This document shows positions 25,601 through 38,000 of a stretch of 64,000 nt of DNA, in pieces; position 1 is the first letter of the stretch, and every line of letters begins with the position of its first letter. This stretch comes from Octopus sinensis (Eukaryota), in NCBI RefSeq assembly GCF_006345805.1, contig NC_043025.1:16492001-16556000 (forward strand). Reading direction: 5' to 3'. The notes beneath the pieces were generated by a model. That model had not been told where the DNA came from, made no database searches, and saw only the letters and a program-made list of their open reading frames with translations. The translations under genes were made by a program, and so were the position numbers.

Positions 25601-28600
25601 ACAATCTGCCCCTAAGGGAGAGGCCATTAGTTACCAACAAAGGTAGCTCACTGAACTTTGCCCAGTCTGTTTTTATCTTAGCAACTACACTTTGAGAACT
25701 CCCTCCACCACTGCTAACTTGGTCCCTTATGTAACAGAAGCTGTCTACTTCTTCTAATGATCTCTTCCACGTATATAGTAATAGTAATTGTAGTATAGAG
25801 TCGTGCCCTGAACAGCATGTCACTGCATCCAGCATTTGTTAGTGATTCGCTTCTACTCCCAACCTTCTGGTGACACCTCTGCATCACCCAGGCAACAACC
25901 CTGCAGCCTGTGGGTCTGTTTGAGTAATCTTGGCTGGTGAGAGCTTCACAAGGTTGGAGCGCAAATGTAACTGCATCCAGCATTTGTTAGTGATTCGCTT
26001 CTACTCCCAACCTTCTGGTGACACCTCTGCATCACCCAGGCAACAACCCTGCAGCCTGTGGGTCTGTTTGAGTAGTCTTGGCTGGTGAGAGCTTCACAAG
26101 GTTGGAGCGCAAATGTCACTGCATCCAGCATTTGTTAGTGATTCGCTTCTACTCCCAACCTTCTGGTGACACCTCTGCATCACCCAGGCAACAACCCTGC
26201 AGCCTGTGGGTCTGTTTGAGTAATCTTGGCTGGTGAGAGCTTCACAAGGTTGGAGCGCAAATGTAACTGCATCCAGCATTTGTTAGTGATTCGCTTCTAC
26301 TCCCAACCTTCTGGTGACACCTCTGCATCACCCAGGCAACAACCCTGCAGCCTGTGGGTCTGTTTGAGTAGTCTTGGCTGGTGAGAGCTTCACAAGGTTG
26401 GAGCGCAAATGTCACTGCATCCAGCATTTGTTAGTGATTCGCTTCTACTCCCAACCTGCTGGTGACACCTCTGCATCACCCAGGCAACAACCCTGCAGCC
26501 TGTGGGTCTGTTTGAGTAGTCTTGGCTGGTGAGAGCTTCACAAGGTTGGAACGCAAATGTCACTGCATCCAGCATTTGTTAGTGATTCGCTTCTACTCCC
26601 AACCTTCTGGTGACACCTCTGCATCACCCAGGCAACAACCCTGCAGCCTGTGGGTCTGTTTGAGTAGTCTTGGCTGGTGAGAGCTTCACAAGGTTGGAGC
26701 GCAAGTCTTGCCTCAATCTCTTTTAGTTGTCTTTTACTACATACTGAGAAAACATTGGTTCTGTTCTTTGACCTGTTGGTTCCCACACAGCAACACGGAG
26801 AGAACTGTTTCGCTCAAGAACACAACATGCCGTCTGGTCCAGGAACTGATCCCTAGATCTAGTGATTGTGAGTGCAGTACCCTAACCACTAGGCCACAAA
26901 CCATCATCATCATTGCTTAATGTCTGCTTTCCATGTTAGCATAAGTTGGCTGTCCAGCCAGGGAGCTGGCCAGGCTCCAATTGTCTCTTGTGGCATAGTT
27001 TCTACAGCTGGATCCCTTTTTTAATGTCAATCATTTTACAGAGTGAGGACTGGGTGCTTTTCATGTGCCACCAGCATGGGTGCGTTTACATAGCACCAGC
27101 ACCTGTAAAGGACAAGCCTGTATGTATGGATGACTGCAAGTTTGTGTGTCCTGACAGGTCTTCTTAAGTACAGCAAATTGCTGTGATGCTTGCTCTTCAA
27201 CTAAGATATATATATATATATATATATAGTTGGAATTTACAAGAAAAAACAAAACAAAACAAACAGATGAAGACGGGTATGTAAACAACAAACAGATGTA
27301 TTAGTTTAACACTTGGAAAGTGAGAAAGTCTTTTATGTTTCGAGCCTATGCTCTTCAACAGAAAGGAACACAGAAATAAGCAGAGAGAGAAAATAATGAA
27401 TTCTTGGATGCAGAAAGGCTGTGGAAACAGCTTAGAAAATCTCTAGAGACGCTTCCTGGCCACACTTTTCTGTCTTCTATGAGTTTTTACCAGATTTTCT
27501 AAACTGCCTTTCTTTTTATTTTTCTCTCTCACTCTGTATATAAATATATATATATATTTTGTGAAATAGAAAGATGAATAATCTTGTTGCAGATTAATCA
27601 AAATTTTAACCGATACATTGGTAGCAAAAATCACAGCAGAAGACAGCGCGGTTGGATGTACAACTATATGGTGTTGCAACCGTGCGTTGGTGCGGATAGT
27701 TGAATTTTAATATTATTAATGAATTGAAGAAATGGAGTTGAACGAAGATTGAACAGAAATCGTTTTATTGCATTCTATACGTGTTTCGAAAGGCACAATT
27801 TACCAAATTCCGAATGAATAATGAGACCATATTATGTCTTTCTCTTCAGGAAGAAATAGGAAATCCGTTGGAATAAACAAAAACAGAACAGAGGCGGAGC
27901 AAAACAAATCGAACGAGGCTCCTAAGAGCCCATGGCCAAACTGTTTATCAATGTATGTTGAAAACTGGTGGTGGGTGCGTTGAGGATTTTAACGGGTCAG
28001 GCAGCGGTCATTCCGGTGGGTGAGGGCACGGAGTGCGTAGATGTTTTTTGTGACCGAGACTAAAGTTCTGACTATTTAAAGAATATTAGGTGTATTATAT
28101 GGGGCGAGACAAAATCTACTTAGAGACATGTGTGTGTGTGTACTGTTCTATATTTGTGTGCGGCCGCAAGTTGGTAAGAAGCGCTACATTCTGGTCACTG
28201 CTGAGAAATCCGTCAAGGGGTAGAAAATATTTTATGTGTACGTGTGTGCGTTTGATCGCGCGGCCGTCAGTTGGTAAACAGCTCTACACAATGGTCACTG
28301 CTGTAAAATCCGTTGGGCGGCAGAAAAATATTTTATGTGTGCGTGTGTTCGTCTAATCATGCCTTGTCAAAGAAACCCCCCGTCGTCAAAAACAAAAACA
28401 AAAACAAAACCCCATTCATCTCCCAGGAGTAAATCCCCTTGCAATGGCTAATCATATTTCTATTAAAAGCTTTTTCAGAATTTATTACCAAGGGCTATTT
28501 TCATATAAGTAGAGTAACCGGGTGCAGGTATTATTTATAAGCAAGATAAGTATAACGCCGCCAATGGGGGCATCGAAAAGATATATATACAGTTTGTCTG

Positions 28601-31600
28601 TGTGTGTGTCTGTCAGGTTGTACCCTCACCTTGACCACGGCTTTCAACCGATTCTGATGAAACTTGACACACACATAGCCCAATGTCATAATTCAAAACT
28701 AACACAGCGAAAATTTTGAAAGTTCCTCCAGTTCTGAAAAAATCGATAAATTCGATATGGGGTCGAGAATCTAAGCTTTTTATATGCAACACATTTTCTG
28801 GGCTGTTCGCGCACTGGGAGGCGCGATGATGTTTTCATGTTTTCGCCCAAAGGGACAGCTAGGAACATCGTATACACAGAAGTATTCGAGTGAAGAGAAG
28901 ACATTGCAACCTACACATGCACCTTCGTTCCCTAGAGGGAAAGGACTAGATTGGGATTAGTCGTTGCCTACTAGGGGCTCTTACATACCCGGGCAACGCC
29001 AGGTTATGCTTCTAGTATTATATAAAATCCGTTCTGTCTGTCTGTGTGTCTTCTAGGATCTCGGGCATTCTCCATCTAATTGCACTTAAATTTGATATGT
29101 AGATACCGACGGTATCAGGGTGTGTATAAATCTTGAAAAAATTACAAAAATCGATCCCAGGCGAGAATGCAAACGATAAAGCTGTGTTGATGTGCATTTG
29201 TATGTGCAAGTACATCAGCTGTTGCGATCGATACTACGCGTACGCAAGAAAAATGCAATTGCAGTTTGTGCAAAAAAGCCGGCTGGCCTGAAATAATGCC
29301 ACAAAATGGGACAGTCGGACAAATGGTTTCGAGAAAATTTGGTTTAAATGTTTGACAACTCAGCACCGTCCATTGGACAGGGGGTGCATTTTGCTTGTGT
29401 GTATATATATAAGCCACTAAACCGTCTTTCACTTTCCGTTTGCCAAATCCACTTTGGTTGGCCTGAGGCTATAGTTGAAGACACTTGCCCAAGGTGCCAT
29501 GTGGTGGGATTGAACCTGGAACCATGTAGTTGGGAATCATATTTCAAAAGCAACTCTTTGACAGAAAAGAATAAGGGGAAATAAATACAAAGAGAAGGAA
29601 AAACATGGGGAGAGAATAACTGTAGAGTTCAGTGGTTCAACATGGCAAATGATTAGGGAGTTCAGTGGTTCAACATGGCAAATGATTAGGGAGTTCAGTG
29701 GTTCAACATGGCAAATGATTAGGGAGTTCAGTGGTTCAACATGGCAAATGATTAGGGAGTTCAGTGGTTCAACATGGCAAATGATTAGGGAGTTCAGTGG
29801 TTCAACATGGCAAATGATTAGGGAGTTCAGTGGTTCAACATGGCAAATGATTAGGGAGTTCAGTGGTTCAACATGGCAAATGATTAGGGAGTTCAGTGGT
29901 TCAACATGGCAAATGATTAGGGAGTTCACTGGTTCAACATGGCAAATGATTAGGGAGTTCACTGGTTCAACATGGCAAATGATTAGGGAGTTCACTGGTT
30001 CAACATGGCAAATGATTAGGGAGTTCAGTGGTTCAACATGGCAAATGATTAGGGAGTCAGTGGTTCAACATGGCAAATGATTAGGGAGTTCAGTGGTTCA
30101 ACATGGCAAATGATTAGGGAGTTCACTGGTTCAACATGGCAAATGATTAGGGAGTTCAGTGGTTCAACATGGCAAATGATTAGGGAGTTCAGTGGTTCAA
30201 CATGGCAAATGATTAGGGAGTTCAGTGGTTCAACATGGCAAATGATTAGGGAGTTCAGTGGTTCAACATGGCAAATGATTAGGGAGTTCACTGGTTCAAC
30301 ATGGCAAATGATTAGGGAGTTCAGTGGTTCAACATGGCAAATGATTAGGGAGTTCAGTGGTTCAACATGGCAAATGATTAGGGGAAAAAAAAAAAGGTTG
30401 AATTAAAGGGAGATAATAATGGTGATCCCAACATGCTAAGGCGTGCAAGCGTGTGTGTATTCTTGTCTCTTCTAGGCACAAGGCCCGACATTTTGGGGGA
30501 GGAGGGGGAGCCAGTCTATTAAATTGACCCCCAGTATGCAACTTAATTTATCAACCCCAAAAGGATGAAAGGCAATGTCAACCTCGGCAGAATTTGAACT
30601 CAGAATGTAAAGACAGACGAAATACCGCTAAGTATTTCGCCCAGCATGCTAACTACCACCCGATGCATGAAAGGGGTCGAGTGAGTCTGATATGTGTGTG
30701 TGTGTGTGTGTGCCAGTTTTCCATCTGCCATATCCATTCATAAGGCAATTGTCAGCCCCAAGGCTGTAGCCATGCAGTGGGACTGAACCCACAACCATGT
30801 AGTTGAGGAGCAAACATCTTAACCACATAACCATTTCTGCTCCTATTTGAAAATCTTTGTTACTTCATTTATTAATTAATTAGTGATAATTTGTTAATTC
30901 ATCATTGCAGCTGAAGGTGATCTATGCTGAGCTGGAACCTTACATTGAAGACATCCTGGCCCTTAATCACATGGGGATCATCAAGAGTTTGGCAAACATC
31001 TGCCAAAAGTTTGGTTGCAAACAGAAGAAATTTGTTAATGTGAGTAGAATATCCTCACCCCACGGTGGGACGGGATTTTTGTCCTTCAGTAGCCGCTGTT
31101 ATTTCATATTTGCTGACCTCCAGAAAGTAGGAAAAATGGAGAATATTGTCTTCAAACTTTTGTTACAATATTTATTTATCCCTCTCGACACAGGGCTATC
31201 ATGCTCCCCCTCTAATCCTGCTCATCATCAGAGATACACAGATTATCAGCCACTAAGGGACATGCTCAAGTGGTTAGGGTCAAGCACCTGTGGTATTGAG
31301 CAGGCGGCGAGCTGGCAGAAACGTTAGTATGCTGGGCGAAATGCGTAGCCGTATTTCGTCTGCCGCTATGTTCTGAGTTCAAATTCTGCCGAGGTCGACT
31401 TTGCCTTTCATCCTTTCGGGGTCGATAAATTAAGTACCAGTTATGCACTGGGGTCGATGTAATCGACTTAATCCGTTTGTTTGTCCCCTCTGTGTTTAGC
31501 CCCTTGTGGGTAGTAAAGAAATAGGTATTGAGCAGAATATTTTCTGTAACGATATTTCTGCTTCAGCAACTCAGCAGTGAATCTGTATGAAATGTAATGG

Positions 31601-34600
31601 CAATTAGGCCAGTTTGAAAATATTGATGTCCTGATCATAAAAGCAAAGTTTGAAGGGAATAGAAGTCATTTCCTTTGGTTTCCAGATAAAATCAAATAAG
31701 AAATAACACTTATTGACCAAAGACGAATAATAATAAAAATTTTATTATGCAGTGTTATTATTATTAATGATGATGATGATGTTGTTTTGTTATTGTTCTG
31801 GTTGTTCTTGTGTTGGTGACATAGCCTGTTGTCATGGGTTCAGTCCCACTGCTTGGCACTTTGCCAAATATCTTCCATTATAGCCCTGGGATGACCAAAA
31901 CTTTGCAAGTGGGATGATAGAAGGGAAACTGAAAGGAATATATGCACAATCATCATCATTTAACATCTGCTTTCTGTGCTGGCATGGGTTGGACAGTTTG
32001 ACTGAAAACTGGTACGGTGGGGGTGGTGTGGGGGGAGCTGCACCAGATTCCATTCTGATTCGGCAGTGTTTCTATTGCTCGATGCCCTCCCCAACGGCAA
32101 CCATTCCGAGATGCCACCAGCATCATCCTCAACAACAGTCTCACTTGGTCTGACAGGCCAACACAACCTTGGTTTATTGCCAAGGGGCTTGGTCACCTGT
32201 CACTGCCTCCGTCAGGCTCAATGCATGAACAGTGCTTTTTACGTGCCAGCCAGACTGCACTAACATCAGCTACAACTACAATTTCACTCGGCTTGACAGG
32301 TCTTCACAAGTACAGCATATTGTCCAACAATTGAAGGGGGCTTTTAACGGGCCAGTCATGTGACACTGGCATCGACCACAACTACGATCCCACTTGGCTT
32401 CATGAGTCTTCCTCACGCACGGCTTATCTCCAAAAATCTCAGTTGCTTGTCTTTGCTTATGTGAGGCCCAAATATTAAAGGATTGTGCTCCACCACCTCA
32501 TCCCATACATACATAAATTTATATATATAGTGTTGCATATTTGCCATTTGAATATGGCTAACCCATAAGGGTGGATGCTACTGTAGTTTGTAGCCCCAGG
32601 AAGATACCTCCTCCAGCTGGCCATAGACACACTATCTGTGTCCTGTGTCCTATAGTGTGTCTATGGCCAGCTGGAGGAGGTATCTTCCTGGGGCTACAAA
32701 CTACAGTAGCATCCACCCTTAGGTGTTAGCCATATTCAAATGGCAAATATGCAACACGATGTGTTACCGCTACTGTTTATAACTCGCTCTGAGATTTATC
32801 ATTGTTTTATATATATATATATTTATGAATCACTGTATATATGTGTGTGTGATGTATGTATATTGAAAAATAAACCTCATTTGGTGACATTGCATGAGAT
32901 TGTGTTGGTCAGTCTATGAACTTTCCAGCTGACTCTTGTATCTCTCTATATATAAACGGCAGTTTGTCTGTGCGTGTTTCTGTGTGTCTGTCAGGTTGTA
33001 CCCTCACCCTGACCACGGCTTTCAACCGATTCTGATGAAACTTGACACACACATAGCTCAATGTCATAATTCAAAACTAACGCAGCCAAAATTTTGAAAA
33101 GTTTCCCCAGTTCTGAAAAAAATCGATAAATTCGATATGGGGTCGAGAATTAGAAACACGAACCACAAACTGTCTAGGGGACGCAACTCCATCCTTTTTT
33201 AACTCTCAAAAAAAATTTACCATAATTTTTTTCCATTTTTTGCTATTTTTTGGCTATAACTCTCTAAAAATGCTTTATAGTTATTTCCCTTACAAACCTG
33301 AGCAACGCCGGGCGATACTGCTAGTATAATCTAAAACGGAACCTAGTTTGCTCTAAACTATTTGGCTGGGATAACCACAACATCAAAGTGACTTTACATC
33401 CTTTAATTTTGTTCTGTTTTCTTTGACAGTCCTTATTGAATGCGTTTCACTGCTCCGAGGAAGAAAAGAGAAAAGATTTTGTCCTGCTTTTGTTGGCCAT
33501 GAAGACCTACGACATATACTTCGATTCTGACGGTGCTGGCACCAACACTGTAAGTATTGCCAATTTAAGATTAAAGCATTTATTCCATAGCAATGCAACA
33601 ATGCTACCACTGTAGTGATCACCATGACAACCGCCGTCACCGCTAAGAGAACTGAGAAGAAGTGGGAAAGGCATAGGGGAAGGTGATGGATGAGAGGGTG
33701 GGGGTTACTAGGTCAGGTGCATAGGTCCAGTTTTATGGTTTCTCTTGTGTATATATCCCTCCCAGGACAGGACACTTGTCTGTCACCGGGTTACTCCAGT
33801 TTGCCAGCGGAGTGGACAGGAGTAATGCGAAATGAAGTGCTTTGTTCAGGAACACAATGCATCTGGGAATTGAACCCACGTTTAGTAACTGTGAGTGCGA
33901 TGCCCTAACCACTAGGTCATACGCTTTGGTTGGTCAGTGGGATCACTCCTCGAATGCAGGCGTGGGGTGGAGTTTGAAGGGTCCTACAAGGCTAAAGCTG
34001 TAGAGTAGCAGGGAAAAGAGTCATCAAATGCTTACCTATCCTAATGTAGACAGTTCAACTTGGACTACCTTCTCTAAAGTGCTAACCTGGACAAGCAGGG
34101 CTATTCCGGGCCCCTTTGTATATCCCGGGGGACCAAAGATTTACCCATGGAATGTTCACCTCTCAGCCACAGAACCCTTTGTATATCCCGGGGGACCAAA
34201 GATTTACCCATGGAATGTTCACCTCTCAACCACAGATCCCTTTGTATATCCCGGGGGACCAAAGATTTACCCATGGAATGTTCACCTCTCAACCACAGAT
34301 CCCTTTGTATATCCCGGGGGACCAAAGATTTACCCATGGAATGTTCACCTCTCAACCACAGATCCCTTTGTATATCCCGGGGGACCAAAGATTTACCCAT
34401 GGAATGTTCACCTCTCAACCACAGATCCCTTTGTATATCCCGGGGGACCAAAGATTTACCCATGGAATGTTCACCTCTCAGCCACAGAACTCTAACCCTG
34501 TTTTCTTTTCCTTTTTTCACATGTAAGTCTAGCAGCCACCTTCCCATGCAAGTCCCCCTCCTCCACACACATGCTCCCACATGGGCACAAGCATGGGAGT

Positions 34601-34998
34601 GAGCTTAAGAGGCTTACTGTCCAACCATATGGTTTCAGGTTCAGTCCCACTGTGTGGTACCCTGGGTAAAGTTCCTTACCCTATAAACTTGGGTCAAGCA
34701 AAGCTTTGCAAGTTTTTTTTGATAGAGGGAAACTGAAAGAAGGCCATTATATAGTTTATACACAATCTGTATTTACCTCAGATTAGTTGATTCAAAATTT
34801 GTTTCAGAAGTAATATGAGCACATCATCACATTGATTGGTGGCAACAACAGTGAAATGCATATCTACCCTTGTCCCGATCATTTCGGGGTTGATTTCCTT
34901 TCACTCAACTCTGAAGTATGTTGTACTTTTTTAACACAAAATGTTCATAAAGGGATTTTTCCAGGATGAAAGCTGCATTTTCTGAAATTTCAGTGATG

Positions 34999-35032
<34 letters not shown>

Positions 35033-38000
35033 TAATGTCTGTTTTCCTTGCTGGCATGGGTTGGATGGTTTGACAGGAGCTGGCAAGCCAGAGTGCTGCG
35101 CTGGGCTCCAATTGTTTGTTTAGCCATAGTTTCTGTGACTAAAGCACCATCCGTTCGTGGCCGTTTGCCAGCTCTGTCTGGCCCCGTGTCGGTGGCACGT
35201 AAAAGCACCATCCGTGCGTGTCCGTTGCCAGCTCTGTCTGGCCCCGTGCCGGTGACACGTAAAAGCACCATCCGTTCGTGGCTGTTTGCCAGCTCTGTCT
35301 GGCCCCGTGTCGGTGGCACGTAAAAGCACCATCCGTTCGTGGCCGTTTGCCAGCTCTGTCTGGCCCCGTGCCGGTGACACGTAAAAGCACCATCCGTTCG
35401 TGGCCGTTTGCCAGCTCTGTCTGGCACCTGTGCGGGTGGCACGTAAAAAGCACCCACTACACTCACGGAGTGGTTGGCGTTAGGAAGGGCATCCAGCCGT
35501 AGAAACACTGCCAGATCAGACTGGAGCCTGATGAAGCCTTCCAGCTTCACAGACCCCAGTAGAACCGTCCAACCCATGCCAGCATGGAAAACGGACGCTA
35601 AACGATGATGATGCCATTCCTAACACCAACCCTTTACAGTGTATTGAGTGCTTTTTATGCGGCACTGGCACCGGTGCTTTTTACGTGATGCCAGCATGGG
35701 TGATTTTTAATTGGCACCAGTATGGGTACTTTTTACATACCACCAGCATGGGGACTTGTAACAAGGCACCAGCATGGTGATCTTTACTATCCAGCTGGCT
35801 TTATTGCATGATTTGGATGTTTTTTTGTGTCTTCTTGTCTTGAGATCAAATGGTTGTTGTAAATGAGTCTTGCTGTTATACAAGCTATGAGGAAATGTTT
35901 CCTTGCTTGGAAACTGGTGAAGGTCAACATTTGGATGTAGGAAAATCTGACCCATGTAAGTATTGTAAAGTGGACATTATGATGATGATGATGATGATGT
36001 GTGCATATTTTATTTTCAGGTATCAGAAACAGCCGACAACATCCTGAGCGGAAGCCAGCATTCAAGTCTCTCCCACCCAATTGACATCCACGGATCAATG
36101 TTAGTCCAGACGTTACTAACGTTCTCCAACCCTCAAATCATTGTGTCCAGTTTCCTCAAACTCTCCGCTGAAATCCTCCTGGATTTAGCCTGTGACTTTC
36201 AAGGGCAGCATATAATGAAACAGTTCTTCGAAAGTGCTTCTGTCTCAGACAAGGACAAAGACGACTTGCTCAATATGTTTTATGTGAGTTAGTTTTTTTT
36301 CTTTTAATTAATAGAAACAACCAAAATGGGGTTCCTCTGAAGGATTTCCGGAGTATTGTTACTTGACAGGGTGCATAGCCTGGAGATAAGGGAGTCTCTC
36401 CAGGTCAGGAATCTTTAGGCCAAGCTAACTAGCAGGGTCCTTAGAGGGTAGGCCTAGAGCAAGATGGTTGGATAATATTCATAGTGTCAGGGAGTCCCCA
36501 TCCCGCCAGGTGAAGTTGCTGTCTCTCTGAAATGAGAGGTCACAGTTGTGGTTCTGCAGACATGTGAACAGAATTGCAAGACAGCTTCTTCAACCGAGCC
36601 AACTGGCAGCAGACTTAGGGGTAGACCATGAATGAAATGGGTGGATAATATCTGTAGTGTTGGGAAGTCTCTTCAGGACTGGCTGCCTTTTCTCTGCATC
36701 AGGGCAAAAGCAACAAACTAGCAGAATCGTTAACACACCTGACAAAATGCTTCGTGTATTTCCTCTGTTTCTATGCTCTGAGTTCAGATTCTAGAGTGAC
36801 TTTGCTCTTCATCTTTTGGGGATTGATAAAATAAAGGACTGATCAAGTGGCTGGATGTGTTGTTTCTAAAGGGATTAACTCACCTTGGAAATTTCAATAA
36901 TCTGCTAAAAAAAGATCTGCGGAAAAGCAGTTGTCCTTTGTTTATGATGTTTGTATGTTGATGTGTGTTGCCAATGGTATTTAATTCAGTACAAACAGCT
37001 TTTTCTCTTCATCAATCTGTTTAATTTTTAGTTATAAACGAACCCTTATGTGTGACATTCTTTTTAACACAACTCTCTTTTTTTCTCTCTTTTACTTGTT
37101 TCAATCATATGACTGCAGCCATGATGGAGCACCGCCTTTAGTCGAGCAAATCGACCCTGGGACTTATTCTTTGTGAGCCCAGTAATTATTCTATTGGTCT
37201 CTTTTGCCGAACCGCTAAGTAACGGGGACATAAACACACCAGCATCGGTTGTCAAGCAATGCTAGGGGGACAAACACAGACACACAAGTACACACACACA
37301 TATATATATATATATACATATATACGACAGGCTTCTTTCAGTTTCCGTCTACCAAATCCACTCACAAGGCATTGGTCGGCCCGGGGCTATAGCAGAAGAC
37401 ACTTGCCCAAGATGCCACGCAGTGGGATTGAACCCGGAACCATGTGGTTGGTTAGCAAGCTACTTACCACACAGCCACTCCTGCGCCTACAACTGTTTGC
37501 ATTAAAAAAATGAAACAGAAACAAACTGAGACTTTTCTGCGATACTGCCAATTTGCATAATAATTTGACCACAGATATATAAACTATAAACATTTCAATC
37601 AGCAAACCCCTATTTAAGGGGTCAAACAGCAACTAATCATTTCTCTGTTTTTCTTTTTCTTTTTTAAATCTCATTTTGTGATTAGCCGATGCTGTTGAGG
37701 ATGGCTTGTTCCAAATTTGGCAGCCGAACATGTCAGTCGATGTGGCCCAACTTCAACATTGATCAGAGGGTGCGGGTTGCCGGGATCCTGGCTAAGCAGA
37801 GCCTCCACCTACGCCAGCACTGGTATGGGGCCTTTGTCTTCCACAACTTCCAGCTCCAGTTATTCATGAACAGCAACAAGAGGTGGCGGATGAGTCAGAG
37901 CTCGAAGGCAAAGAAGAGGAAGATCTTTGCTGATATCTTAGGTAAGTGGAACGGGCAGATGGGGTTGGGTTACCCCTTGGGGATTCCGTAGAAAATCCAG

